From Yuukianura sp. NJ FZ-2021 (lineage: Eukaryota), in NCBI GenBank assembly GCA_046563655.1, contig CM102283.1, forward strand, positions 7,316,001-7,380,000: a stretch of 64,000 nucleotides of DNA, read 5' to 3'. The notes beneath the pieces are model-generated. The model was given only the letters and a program-made list of their open reading frames with translations. It had not been told where the DNA came from and made no database searches. Shown piece by piece: positions 1 to 14,496 of the stretch. Made by a program: the position numbers and the translations under genes. Every line of letters starts with the position of its first letter. Within the stretch, counting starts at the first letter, position 1.

Positions 1-1891
1 TTATGGCTACACACAAAGTCAAGCCGAAAAGAAATTGGAAACTTACAAGCCACTTTCAACTTTTTTTTCCCCTTTTAACTGCATTCCGATTTTTTCAGTT
101 TAAAAACACTTTTGTCTTGCAAAAATTTATCTAAAAGACAAGTAATTCAAATCCAGGATTTACCTTCCGGGTCATCCTTTACTTTGCAAATCCAATTTGA
201 AAAAAAAAGTTACAAAAATGATACTAAAACGTGTAAGATGAAACCAGAACTTAATTGGGCAGATTGTTGAGACTACAATTTTTTTGATGAAGCTTTTAAC
301 TTAATTGGCACTTTAAAGCAAACGATCCGACACTGACTTTTGTCAACCCTAGGAGCACACAGCATAACTGTAAACATTAATGTCATTCCATGAATCTATG
401 GAAATCCATTACTTTTTAGTGCTGCAGTGCTTGAAGTACTGGCAGTACTTGCAGTATACTGAAAGTATGAAGGTTTACAAATTGAAAAGCGATGACACAG
501 AAACAGAGCCTCTGATTTCCATACAATTGAATTTTAGTAGAGCGTCAAGCAGCGAGGAAATGGCTGTATTTTTCCTTCTACAAACAAAAATTGTAGACAA
601 ATTCAAATTTCCCACGCTTGTCCATTCCCATTTCCCGCCTCATCTCCTCTCTATCTCTCCACTTTACTCGTCTACTCCATTTGAATAGCTTCTTCTGGAA
701 CTATCATAGTAGTTGACCTGTGACCTCAGTCAGTTCAATAAATGTGAATGGGGCCATAAGGGCGGTGTATCAATTGAGTACTCCTTCCAGAATAATCTTT
801 GGATCTTACAGGAGATGACATTGGAAAAGAATAGAGAAATAAAAGTGACTGGAACAGTGGACTTCCAGTCATTCAATTTTATGACAAACCACTGAAAGTA
901 GAAATGACAAGTCGGCAAAAACTTACTTTTTTACACTGCGTCGTAAAACTCAAAAACGGAAAAAATTGCTTTTGATGAATTTTTTTTCAACGAAAGGATT
1001 TTGCTGTTTTAGTTTCTCTTTGAGAAATTGTAGGGGGAAAACGCTTTTAGTTTGTTTTTGTGACTTTTCTAAGCAACTTCAAACAGAATTTTGAAAAAGA
1101 GTAAAAGCAGGACGAAAAGACTTTGAAAGGAAGAAATTAGCCTCCACAGGTTACAAATTCGCTCAAATTGGCCCAATTCTTGGCCTTGTTGACAAGTCTC
1201 AAACCCAAACAAACAACAAATTATTTACACAAAGAACATACACAAGTGAAAGTAAACACAAAAGATTCATAGAACTTTGACAAACTAAAACGAAATTTGC
1301 AATAAGAAGCCTTTCAACTATTTACTTTTTACACATCGTAGATCAAAACACAACATACTTTTCAATTTTCAATTTCTCAAATTACTTTTTATGAAAAAAA
1401 TTCTGATTCGTTTATTTTCTCTTCACATTAGTTCAGACTGTGTGGAAAAGAAAACAGTTAAACAAAATTCAACTTTTTTCTGCCAAAAAAAAACTTTTCC
1501 AAAACTTTTTCAAATCGGGTTCAAAATTTGCCGTAACTACAGAGAGGCGTGTCACCAAATTTGGCGAATTGAGATCACCAAGAACCAACCATGACCATTA
1601 TTGGTCAGATTTTTGTATGGCCATGACCATGCCATCCGCCACCACAAATGAAAATTATTTTACACCTACATCATTGCAGATCTCCCAATTTGCAATTTCA
1701 TGATTCACAATTGAGCAAATTCACACCTACGCATTACACATCTCCTTTTTTGCTACTCCATGTTCAATGGTGCTGAATTCCTAAAATGGTAAATGCTACA
1801 AAACTGCTTGGATTTAAACAAATCAGACTTCATTGATTCGCCAATTGTCAGAGAATCAAGAACTGAAAAACAACTCAAGTCAGTGAACAGC

Positions 1892-2750
1892 ATGGTCGTC
1901 AAAGCCAGTGGACAGGCCCTTTCACGCGGCGATCCAAGTAAGAATCCAAAAAAAGTTGAAACTTTCTTTGTTCAAAAAATTAACAATTGTGGCTGTAATT
2001 TCCTTTTGATGTTCGCATATTTTTGTAATCTGAATCTTGCATTGAAAAATGTTTAATTTTTCAAATATACTGGCATACCAAACGTGTTTGCTGGGACTGC
2101 GCCCCAGGACCGTTCAATTTTCCTAATTTTTAAAGCTAACCAAGGCATTTTTTTAAAAAACTATATTTTGGAATTCTTCAATTTCCTATAAATGAGGAAA
2201 ATACATAATAGCATACATATTTACACATTTTAGCGTGATCATGATTTTTTCCGAAAGTAATATGCTAGAAAGTTAGAAGGTGTAATGGTGTTTGGAAAAA
2301 CACACAAAATATTTCGGACTGAGGAAGACTTTCAGATATGGCTGAGGAACTTACATTTTAAAAAGTTTTAAGCCGAAGCCGCTACTTGAAGTTTTTAAAA
2401 GTAAACCAATCAATTAGAAACTATGCATTTCCAGAATTACCTCTCGCTTATAACTTTTCATTAGTAAATGGGTTTGCTAACATTTCAAACTAAAGTGTTA
2501 TTTTTGTATTCGTAATGTTATTACAGGGAATCCAAATACGTTTATGCTGGATCTAGACGAAGGTGATGACGTGCTGAAACTGAGTTGCATGATGGTGGGC
2601 ATGGGAAAACCGGAAATCTGGACCGAAACACTTCCAGGGGGAAAGCAAGTCAAAGTTTCGTACCGTGTCGGTCTCGTCGGAGACTACAAAATTCACATTG
2701 AATACGATGGGAAACATATTGAAGGATCTCCGTTTCCTATGAAAGTCTAA
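1892..2750 (+). CDS. Filamin-type Ig repeat protein: two exons (1892-1937, 2527-2750) encoding one complete repeat; standalone or last repeat of a longer gene
   Basis: Exon MVVKASGQALSRGDP ends at a phase-1 donor (a|gtaag, 1938) and joins in frame through ttacag|gg (2526) to RNPNTFMLDLDEG...VKVSYRVGLVGDYKIHIEYDGKHIEGSPFPMKV*. This matches the filamin repeat pattern V.A.G..L...F.+D...V.Y....G.Y.I.I.+.G.HI.GSPF.+.V. Confidence 0.75.
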
Positions 2751-5700
2751 AAAAATACTCCGGGCAATCCGAAATCCGAATTACTCGTTCTCAACATATA
2801 TTGTCCAATTCGATTCAATCCATTGTTGAACTTTTCAAAGGAACTAATAGAAAAAAAAAAGTTTTTTGGAATTTGGAGTTCTTCAAATATGTTTGGAAAA
2901 TTTTTGTGGTTTATTTATAGCTGGATGAGAACTTTGAGAAAGTGCAGTAAAAGTAATCAGAAGAGAGTGACGCGGATCCGGTTTCTGAAAATAAATTCCG
3001 ACACGCGGCTAAACTTGAGCGGAATTCCAGGTCTGCTGACTGAGGACATCAAAAGCCGCAAGCTGACGCTGGAAGTCAATTGGTTTCTATTTGTACAGAA
3101 AGTTTTTCGTTGAGTTGATATTAGAGCGGACAGTGTAATGAATTTTCAAGTACATTTGATTTAGACATCTCTCAGCCAATTCCCTCGAGGAATGGCCGTC
3201 CGCTAACGTTGATTGAAGTTGGCTAATGAGCCAATGGCAAGGACGACATAGAGGCTTCTGGCCATTCATTAGAAACCTAAACTAAAAAGATTACCGAACA
3301 CTCCCGAACGGATATTGCTGAACCGACGTATCCTCGAGCAGATTACTCTACACTAACATGCATAACGGACGAAAACTTTTCGAGGCCGACATACCCATGG
3401 ACAGCGTCATGTCTATTTTTGCCCTACATTAACATGAAGATAAACGGGAATTTTGAATTCGTATGTCCATGGACGGACTTTTTTGCGCGGCACTTTGATT
3501 CATACTTTGTATTCGGATGAAATGACGCAGTTTTATATGTGTCGTTAAAATTCTATCCATCGCTAGACACATCAGTCTAGAAAAGTGCGTACTTGTAAGT
3601 CCTGGAATAGAGTAAACGTAGGTTGTGGACTTCGGAAGTGAAAGTGAGACAAGGCAGACCGTGTAAGGGCGACAGGAATGCTTTCAACGCTTCTCCTGTG
3701 CAGTGTCCAGCCTGAGTCTGCTGTGCTGTGTCCAGTCCAAGTATACTCTTGTCCAGAATTTTCTCTTTTAGTGGTGTTCAACTGTATTTGTTCTAATTAG
3801 TGACTGAAAGAGCTAACTAGGCAAGTCAAAAGGAAGCCCCGCCCCTGCTTACTCTCTTCTAATCCAATTGATCTCGAATTGAACTAATACTTGGACTCAT
3901 TCTCCCGTCAAAAATGTCGTCAAAGGAAAAGGACTTTCACGTTCTCATCTTCAGAACAATCTATCAGATTTTGTCCTAAAGAAAACCTTGTCATTTCAGC
4001 TTCGTCGACTTTCTTCTCTTGCCGTAAGGTTATCATTAGCTCAGATTTTCTCTTGTGAAAATGATTGTGAAATTGGCGTCATTTTTGTGAAAGAGACCTC
4101 TTATGCGTATATGGACAAATAGAACGAGTTGTTGTGATGGGTATAAGTTTCACTGAAAATTGCGTCGAATTGGACAAAAAATAGGAAGAAAGTAACGATC
4201 CGAGGATTCGGTTCGTTGAGAAAATACAAGAAAATCCACTCGGGTAAATTCATCAGTTGGTTCCATTCACATCACACAAAAGAGCCCTTCCGGATCCAGT
4301 TCTTGAAAACTCAATAATCAGTAGAACTCCATCAAATAAAATTTTTGAAAAAGAGATGAATTACATTTCTGATTTATACTGCCACCAAATTTTTATTTAT
4401 TTATTTTACATATTTTTGGGAAAAAAGGTAAAAAAGTTACGTTTTGTTCAATTGCAAATAGCTACTCAAGTACTACACAACTCCAGATCTGAGATATGGA
4501 TGGCGTCGAAATTTTTCAAAGTTCGGGTTTTTGGACATGTCAATGAGAACTTGAAAGGGTGATAAATGATAGCTCTATTTTTATTAACCAAAAAGCATTA
4601 GAGTAGCCGCAAAAAATGTTTTCTGGAGCATCTCGTGCTGTTATGAAAGACACATTCTGAAAGCTGCTCTTCATCATCTTTCTGCCAAAATGAAAACATC
4701 CGGGTAAGCCAAGTGACAGGCTCACGAAAGCTGCTCATGTGTAACTTAATTTCTCGAGAGCTGTAGAAAATCCTGTCAAAAGTTGATGACAAGACGCTCA
4801 CAAATAAATTTTTTCTTCAGGTCAAACTACATTTCAGGACAGGTCACGTGACAAACCCAAATGTTGTTAACTGAATTCATATTTCTAAAAAACCTAATAC
4901 TTTTTCAAAATAAACGAACATTCTAGTTTTACATTGAGCAAAATAATATCTCGTTAGATAATTATATGCATGTTAAAGATTTATAAATTGTAAATTATAG
5001 AGTAACCATGCAAATTACAATCATTTTTGTGTTTTCTAGAAACGCAAAGCACGACTTCAACGAGAGACAAAGCAGCGTCTCTGCTCTTGACACTCCATTT
5101 CTGAAAATTTAGAAAAGTTTTTGATCGATTCGCTTCAAATTAAGTTCCAAGAAATATCAAGTTTGCGTAATTTCTTCATAATTCAAGTTTTTGGAACCGC
5201 AGAACTGAAAATTAGGACTCGATGGCATTAAGTTTTCCAATTTTCACATAAGTTTTCGATTATGCGGAGCCTCTGGCTTCCTTGTCAAAACTATGCCAAT
5301 TCTTCAAATTAAGCAATCAACCAAAATTTATATGCTCTTAGCTCTTCGGTAGAAGTGGAAGTTTAATCTTGTGTTGAACAAAAGCTGTCATTTCAAAACG
5401 TACGTTTGAGATGTCATTTCAAATGGAGAATTGAATTAATCTGCCCTACCAAAGTAGACTAACAAGACATTTGAAATGTGAAGAGGAACAGCTTTCCCCG
5501 TAGGTGAAAGCTTTCAGAGAGGTAGTACTTGGAAATACTTGGAGAAAGTTTAGGTTACGCTCTTGTTATGTTACGTTGTGTTCAGGTTAGGCTGTTTTAC
5601 TTTTGAAATGCCTTTCACCTGTCTTGTGTTACGTTAAACTATATTTTATGATGTTGATTTTTAGGAGCGCAGTTCAACTTGAGTGAGTCTAGATGGAATT

Positions 5701-8376
5701 TCAGATGTCGCTCGAAAGACTTATTACAAGGAAAGAAGTTCAACATGACACTTTTTCCTAGGAACATCTCTGTTTTTTGAAAACATTCTTCTTCTTTTTT
5801 TCGAAAACACTTTTTAATAAAAAACACGGTTTGTTATTTAAGTCCCTCTTGAACGCCGTTTTAGATTTTCCAAAGAAAAAACACCTAAGCAAAAACCGAC
5901 ACATTTTTTGTAAAACTGTGAAAATTGGCCCATTTACTCAAAAGTCTTACTGTATCCGGTGATCGTCACAAAAAAAGTTTTCTCGCTCAGATGTAGTTTT
6001 AAAAATCCCAAAATGTATTTTGGCAGCAAAGCTAGCAGCATTGTTTTGGCATGACCGAAATTCCTAGGAGGGAAGTTTTAAATTTTCCCAAAACTGAATT
6101 TGATCGTAACATGTTAGGGTTGGACACCTTGTTCGAAATCCTTGGAACCAAGATAGAACTGTCCAAGGTTTTGATAATTTTCTGGAAATCTTAAATGGAA
6201 CCATCCAAGTACTAAAAGTTGGATTGATTTTCAATATGTTACCATTAATGTCACCACAGTTTGCCAAAATGGAAGCATCTTCTCTTACTAACAAACAATC
6301 CCAAAGATAGAGATGCGGAACGAATGGATCCCAGTCGTCCGCAAAAGCTTTCTCTAAAAAAAACGGAAAAATCCGGGAAATCGTTTCGTCTTCCAAAAGT
6401 GGAGCTCTTTTTCTTTGTGACACCAAAATCCAGTTCCGTCCCGTTTGAATTAATGTGCCATTTGTAACAAGTTGATTTGTTCTGAGAAGGAAATATCTCT
6501 TCTGCCGCACAATATAATATCCGCAGTGTCATTAATCTCTGTTGAGTGTTTCCAGTGTTTTTTTATACCTTTGAAGTAAAACCCTGAAAAAAACACCAAC
6601 ACTAACACAAACACAGGAAAGAAAAACTTTCCACTTCGTCAAGTGAAGTATTGGAGACTGAATTCGTGGAACTGCGGGCGTTCCAGACAAATTATTTCGA
6701 AAAGTGAAAAAGTTCTTTTCAACTTTGATCTTTCCCAGGAGCAAAAATGCGGGAAAGAACCTGAATTATAGACGAAATAGTACGTAGAAAAGGAGAAATT
6801 TCAACGTCAATCAATCAATCAGTACCAATTTTGTTCTTAATCTAAGAAGCAGGAGAAGCTAGAAAAACAAACTTCTTTTTTTTTTCTAGCCTTTGAGCTC
6901 TCAAGTGGAACGTATAGACCAAAACTTCAAAAAAGTAATTTCAATCGATTTGTTTCGAAACCTAAGTTGAACAGGACAGTACATAAGTTAGTACAAAGTC
7001 AATTTCATTTTCGAACTAACTTTTTGCAAGATTCTTGAAGAGAAAAAGTTATGTCGAGTAGCATCTTGTTGGTTTTTTAAAATGCTAATTTAAAAAAAAA
7101 TTGGAACAGGAAACTTTCAAAACTTGAACTTTGAGCACCATACGATCCAAATTTCAAATCCTAGCGCTCAATTTTATTTATGAAAAATTAGCCTTTCTTA
7201 ATCTCGAACTTCAAAATGGGGGGTTTCCGGGATACAGTTTCTGGGACACAAAATTTCAATAGGAAGGCTAATGAACAAATCGTGAAACTCAATTGAAATT
7301 TTCTAAGAAATAATTTTCTAAATTTTCTAAAAAACTTGTACATTGAACCTGTACTGGACCAAATTTTAAAGAAAATTTTAAAATTCAGAACGCGTACACA
7401 ACCAGGTTGGATACACATACACAGTGTGTGCTCTGCATGAATTTATTCTAAGCTTTGATACAGCAGCAACTTTTTAGTACTATACTACACAATCAATCCT
7501 TTTTCTAAAGCTTCTGAATTTTTGAAAAGGCAGGTTCAAAGTTCAAAAATAGCAGAAAAGAAAAATGGTTTCGAGAAGAAAGCAGCCAGTTTATCAGAAC
7601 TTCAAAGCATGTTGCTGAGAACTACACACTTGATTCCCTCTTGAGCTCTCAATTTTCGAAACCTCATCATTTTTTTTTCAAAAAATCCTCAAAAACTGAA
7701 TTTTTTAAAACTAGTTTTTAAAACTTAAAACTAGTAATTTGCAGGCTCTGCCACTGGAAAAGCATAATGTAAAACGTAATCAAGAATTTTCATTCTCTGT
7801 TCGGATGACTAGTTTCCTTAAGCTGCTAAATGGATAATGTAATTTTCGTTTGTTCCTTTGTGCAGAGAATGCAATCTTGGCAGAGGGAGTAAACTACGGG
7901 AGAAATGAAGTGTAAAGCTATTTTCTCCAATAAACATTAGGTTTACGTTAGGTTATGGTAGATTAGGTACTTTAATTTTCACACTCTGCACTTAAGACTT
8001 GACTTTAAGTAACTTTGGGCCAAAAAAGACAAGGGATTTGGCACAACCAGAAGAAGTTAGAAGACGAGATAAGATGAGAATCGTGGGTGGGATCAAGGGA
8101 TTTCAAGTGTCCAGACACAACTAAGATCACGAAATGAAGATGATCTCTTTTACAAGATGTGGTTCAGACAATGCTAGGTCATGTTGCCAAACTTTCTCTT
8201 CTTACAACTGACTTTCACTAAAAAAAATCTTTTCAAAATGGAATTTCAGAATCTATAGCCAAAATTTTAAAAACGGAGAAGTATCCACAAAATTTTAGAA
8301 ATGTTTTGTAATTTCCAATGGAACAGGCGCTGTCTGGATGGGCGTACAGGGACCACTCTATTTAATTACTAATCAG

Positions 8377-9058
8377 CAGACCTGCCAGAAATATTTCTTA
8401 TCAATATTTTAAATATCTTCAATATTTGAGGGTTTTTGGTAAATACCAAATATTTAAGTTTAAGTCAATATTTATATCAATTTTTGCGGCTTTTTTGAAA
8501 TTTTAGTTAAAAATTTGAATGAAAAGTAGGAATCTGGCACATATTGACTGTAAATGAAAATTTAACACCGATGTGACATGATTTTTTTTTTCATTTTTCG
8601 GCGTAAAACAAGGTAGTGTGTGTAGGCCGCATTCAGAGACAACTCACAATGGGACTTTTGTAGGGTATTTACTCCTGCTTAAATGCAACTTCAAAATTAC
8701 TTAATGCAATTCAAATTGCATTATGTATTTTTAAAGTGTTTTTGGAAAACGTATTTAGTATAGCATATAAACACACAAAACGTACCCAGGATTACACTCT
8801 CATACACAAATTAACATTTTTGTAAGACGATGGAACTTATAAAAATTGAGGATATGGAACTATTTGTGCTAACTGAACTGCGGTGTGTAGTAAAAACTGT
8901 TTTTCTTCAAAGAATAGTATTAGACTACATAATTTCCCTCTTTTCTTCAATAAATTATCTAAAAGTTGGTCAATATTTGCGTCAATATTTCAGCAGTTTT
9001 GAGTCAATATTTCAATAAATATTCCTTTGGTTTTTAGAAAATATTTTTGGCAGGTCTG
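8377..9058. mobile_element. hAT-like non-autonomous element (MITE), 682 bp
   Basis: TIRs CAGACCTGCCAGAAATATTT / AAATATTTTTGGCAGGTCTG, 8-bp TSD CTAATCAG at 8369-8376 and 9059-9066, subterminal (c)aatattt repeats. CAG ends with an 8-bp TSD are typical of hAT elements. Confidence 0.85.
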
Positions 9059-12000
9059 CTAATCAGCAAACCGAATTAGATTTCTGTCAAGACTTGATGT
9101 ATTTATGCGTCCCTAAACACCTACTCAATGGAAAACTTTAGAGGAGAAAGTTAGTCAGTTTGAGAGAAGTAAGATTAAGATGGACTTTCACTTTGCTTTC
9201 TTTGAAATTTTGGGTTTTCGAAGAATTTGGAGAAATCAGAGTGATTTATTGTTGTTGTGCGGTTAATTGATTTGTTCCTTTTCTTCCAGTTTTGAAACAT
9301 TTGCTTTAACCATTTTGAACAAAAGGCTTTAAAAAGTTGTTCTGTTTTTGTGAAGAAACAGAACGTAGCTTTTTCTTTTTAAATTTGAAAAGTTTTGCAC
9401 TAGAGAAAGTTTTATGGGCCACTTATGTTTTTTGAAAACGGCTACAGAAACATGGTTGTAAAGTCAGGAGTGGCGTATTACGACAAGGCGTTTTGGGAAA
9501 CCGCGAAAATTCAAAACATGAAAAGAAAGACTTATGAAAAGAAATATTTCACAAATTAAAAGCAAAAATTTTCGAGACAGATTGGTTTTTGAGTTTAATT
9601 AGATAATAGTGCCGACAAAAAGAATTTGACTTTGTTTAACTTTTTTTTTAATTTGGTTTGTTTTTTAAAAGTTGGAAAATTAGCAAAAACGGAGATTCCA
9701 ATCATTTTCCTTTCTTCTTTTTCCTAACAAACAAGACGTCATCAATTCCTTCCGGAAAAAAAGTTTTTAAAGTTTTTTCTCTTTTCTTTATGAGATTTTT
9801 TTCAAACTTCCTTTTTCAACAATCGCTGGAAGCAAAAACGTACGCTTTCCTTAAAACTTCTTTGAAAACTTTTTTTTTTAAAGTAAAAGCTTTTTCGGAA
9901 GTATTTAGTGTCTTCCAAGCTCATTTAGCTCAGTGTAGAGCATCCCACGGCTTTTGTTTTACTTAGAACTAATTACTGTGAGTGGGAACAAGTTCGAAAG
10001 GGGATTAAGTTCTTGTCCAAAATCCAATTTGGAAAATTGGAAAAACCGTACAGCTTTCTCTACTAGACAAGAAAGAAAGCCAAATATTTGCATTTCGACA
10101 GAAAGCGTTGGTGGTCACAGCGCCACGCTTCAAGAATTTTGAATTTTCCCGCGAAAACGGGACACGGGGAAGTGCAATTGGAAGGAGAGGCAATAGAGTG
10201 AAAGTAACGAGACGTGAAGAAAGTAGTGAAAACGACTGCAAATTTTGAACCAATTCACCTTTTACCGCCTTTCCAGTTGGTTAGTTTTAGTCATGTTTGA
10301 ATTACTTAAAACGTAAAATGGAGAGTTAGCATATGTTTGAGAAATGAAAACCAAATTGGAATTTTAATTAAACCTAACACATTAATTTCTATGTTAATAA
10401 AGTCTAGTCAACCGAGGTTGGTGAAAGTAGGAAATTCGACACTTAATTTGTCACCAACCACACCCACACTCTGCAGTTCAATTCATTTAATTGTTCTCCA
10501 AATAAAACGGTGTTGCAGTGTTGTCAATTAAAACAATGGTTTTGCAGTGTTGCATCAACTAAAACTCATAATGAAAACAGTTTTGATCAAAGTCATTAAA
10601 TTCTAATTTAATACTGTTTTTGACACTTCAAGTGTGAAATGAAAAGCAAATTTGCTAAAACCCGAAGCTATATTTAGTTCCGAAAGGAAAAAGTGTTACA
10701 CAAAGGAAAAATGTTTCCCTGAAATTAAAAAAGAAACAGCAGTTTTTTCATATTCTTCCTCCACCATTTTCAATATTGCATGAAATACGTTGTTTTATAT
10801 GTGCACAGTTTTCAAAAATATTCATATAAAAAATTGTACCCTGCAGCAATTCCTGTTTGAATTTTTTTTTAAAAAAGAGGTAAGTAAAGTAATGGGTAGA
10901 AAAATTTTCTTTTGGAAAGTAATTTTCAATATTGCAGGAAGTAAAATTGAAAAAAAAATTCAGTTTTTTCTTCATAACGCCTATGTTGTAAACCAAAAAA
11001 AAGTCACCGACAAAGCAATTCTCAATGAACCTAACAAAGTTCGAAATTTTTGAGAATTATGAAAGCAACGGAACTTGACGTTCCACGTCACGTTTTTAGG
11101 AAGAGCCTCATGGATGTCCTTCCCGGTAGTTTTTGTACGCCATTTTCAAGTTCCAGGAAACCGGCTCCTCCTGTACCATGTTAAGGCTTTGTACAGCTTA
11201 AAATCTATGATACTCCACGTGCCATTTTTTGACAAATTCCTGCCACCTTACTATGCTTTTTAACTTGACTTCAACTTAACTCGTGATGGATGATGCGATT
11301 ATATTGAAAATCTAAAAAAATGTAATTTAGAGAAAGAGCTAAAAAGATAAAAAGTGCTGAAAAACAAAACTTTTAGAGTAAGCAACAGGAAATGTACAAA
11401 ACCTAGTGCAGGAGCAAGGAAATTACAAAATTTAATTTACTTTTACTTCTGAGCAAATCCCTTTGTCTCAAAAATTTCAAAAACTAGTATAAAAGGCAAA
11501 CTGAATTTGGAAACAAAGAAACCCACTTTGTGGATTAAAAACAAAGTTGTTGTCTGTTTCATTCAATTTGTAGTGAAGCTTACTTTAATTATAGCAAGTA
11601 CAGCGGGAATACTAAAGGTTAGGTTAGATTAACGTTAGGCTGGATGTGGACAAATGTTGTTGTCGACAGAGACAAAGACATTTGGAAAAGTTCTGTTGAA
11701 TATCCTTCCGGGACTCTTTGAAAAAAAGTCAATTCAATTGACCTCCATGTGAGTAACGGTGAAAGTCAACGGAAACATTCCCTTTCCTCCCTATTCTATC
11801 TGTTTTTTTCTTACAATTTCATTGAAAAAAAGACTAAACTAATTGACCAGAAACTTATTAACCTACCCGTAACATGAAAAATTCAGCCTAAGACATAACC
11901 TTACTAGAAAACATCCCATAACTTAGTTAGTTTTGACCTGAACCACTTACGAACCCTAACCTAAAGCTAAGCCTGGCAAGCTCATAAAATTATTTATCAA

Positions 12001-14092
12001 AGAGAAAGTTTGGACAAGATTGAATTTGATTTTCTTTTTGAACATTTCGGGATTACGGTTGAATCTGGAGGTCTATTTTCATTCATTCGTTATTATCTTA
12101 GAGTGAAATTTTTTATTGAGTTACGCTTTCATTGAAAGTGACAAGCCTGACTTTTTGTTTGTAAAGCACTTTAAAACTCGAAATTTTGAAGTTGTGACTT
12201 TGTAAATTTAATTTCCAAACTTTCCATGCATCCTGGTGAACTTTTGTTTTAATTTATTTCACTTGGCAAAAGCTAACAAGTTTTAACAATTTCTGATTTT
12301 TCTGAGAAATAAATTGAATGACAAATTCAATTTCAACAAAGATGTTATTTTTGTTTGATCTTCACATTTGTTGTTGTTGTGGCCAAAGAAAAGAATTGGT
12401 TGAAAAGTTGAAATCCAGGAAGCGAGGAGGTGTAGGACTCCATATGTAATATTGGTAAACACGAATACATTTACCTATTTTTATCCCAATTCCAACCAAT
12501 TTTTCCAAAATACACGGAACATGTTTTCTTCAACTTTCTCCGAATCACTTTCCTTACTTGTCTTCGTCACGTATGTGCATCTTGGTTTCTGTGTAGTACA
12601 AAAACTTCTTAGGATTCGCCAGTTTTTCAGATGATCAAATCCTGAATAAATTGGTGACAAATACAAACAAAAAATAAGGGATAAGGAAAACAAATGAAGG
12701 ACAAATCAAAGCATTCTGTCTTGCGCGTGACATTGCCAAATCACACAAACAACAATCGGCAAGTCGATTTTCCTGTAAATTGGCAAGCATATCATGTTTC
12801 TCAGTTGCACTTTGTACCCGACCCAGGACGTATAAAAGGTTTATTTACTTCAAAAAAGAAATCTAAATCGAACCTGAACCAAACCAAACTTTCACTTCCT
12901 GATGCTAGTTCCTGACTATTGAATTCTCACTATCCAATTTTCAAAAATCATCTCAATTACAAAGTGCTTGGTCGAGATTTACCAATTTGTGGAGTAATTT
13001 ACCATGAGAAACAACTTTAACACACTAATAAGTAATTCGTATGGCTTAAGCGAAGTCACTCCAGAAGTATGTTTTTTTTTACCATGGTGTTAAATTTTTT
13101 TTTAACATTTTTAACTGAAATTTTAACTTTCTTTTGAAAATTTTAAGGCCAAAAAACTTCTTTTCTTTCAGTGGTTTGGGTTACAGTAGGTCGAATGTTA
13201 AGGTCAATGTTAAGACAGTTTACGTGCGGTCTGTTTGAACAAAAGATTCAATTTCAAGTTCCCTCTGGGGAAAGTACATGAGGATGACGGTGAGGTGGGT
13301 AGTGGTGTACTTGTGTACCGTAAATCTTCTAATACGGTACGGTTCTGAGTAGAAGCCGGATTTCTATTGCATGCTGGGTAGAGATGCTCCGAAACTAAAT
13401 TGAAGCCTGGCTTCTATGAGAAGTTTAACGGCAGTTGATTTTTTTTTAATAATGGAATTTGAAATGTTAGTGGTACACGAGTTTAAAGTTAATCATGAAC
13501 TTCCACTTCTTGTGAGGGACAATTGAAATCTGCGTAACTTTGTTTGTAGTTACGTGGGCGACTTCGTTTCATTGTTCAAATTCAAAAACATTCTACCCGC
13601 TCAGATTCAAAATTGAGTCAACCATAGTAGGAACAAGGGAATTAGACTAGAAAGATTAATCGCATGTCGGCTCATGCTAAACTTGTCATCAATAATCCCG
13701 CACTTTCATCTTCCATTTCATTTTATTTTACTATCTGAAAACCTCCGTTTTGGCAATCATAGATGAGCATTGTCAATTTGACAAGTCGAAAGAAGGACAA
13801 TCGTCAATCATTTTCATTTCAGTTATGCAAATTTCAAAGTTTCCGGAAATCCAAATTTTGTTGAAATTTATCAAAAAGCATTTGTAGAGACGAAAGTTTT
13901 CAAGACAATGAACACTTCCTGCCAATTCAAACTAAGTTGTTTCCATCTTTTCTAAAGTGTTAGCAATGTTTCGTATTCTTTGAAAATGTACGTTTTACTG
14001 TACTAACGCCATTCACTTGGGAAGTTTGCAGAAATGTTATTGTTTACAAAATATGAACAAAGAGTTGGGGCAAGGTGCGACAAGTTTCTTAC

Positions 14093-14496
14093 CTGCAAGC
14101 TTTTTCTACAGCGGCTTTAGTGGCTGGAATTCCATGTCCAGCGGGAGCCGGTTGCATTTTGATACACTGTTGGAGTGATCCTGGTTCACAACCGGGTATG
14201 GCCGTCGTCGTTGACCTGGGCAACCGCGTTGAGTCCTGTTGTGACCTGCGGGATTTGGCATTAGGAGTGGTCGAACCGTCGGACCTGATTTTTCTGATGC
14301 TGTTGTTGTTGCTGATGCTGATACTGTCTAAGTTCCTGATGCTGGTGCTGTTGTTGTAGTTGACAAGTTTGGATTCAAGGTCGCTGCTAGTGCTGCTAGT
14401 TTCTCCGCTGATGAAACAAATGTTCGGAGAAAAGAAAACTAGGAACAGGCCAATGTAGATGAGGGACGAAGCGACAATGTCGGCAAAACTGCCCAT
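14093..14496 (-). CDS. First coding exon of a putative secreted Cys-containing protein (partial; no downstream exons recognised in the window)
   Basis: ATG at 14496, hydrophobic signal-like segment (IVASSLIYIGLFLVFFSPNICFISG), Ser/Thr/Asn-rich linker, then GCEPGSLQQCIKM...GIPATKAAVEKACR ending at a strong donor cag|gtaag. Confidence 0.65.

Noticed and set aside
6064-6744. Cluster of 70-150 aa ORFs
   Set aside because: Low-complexity K/F-rich translations with no splice-compatible link to neighbouring genes.
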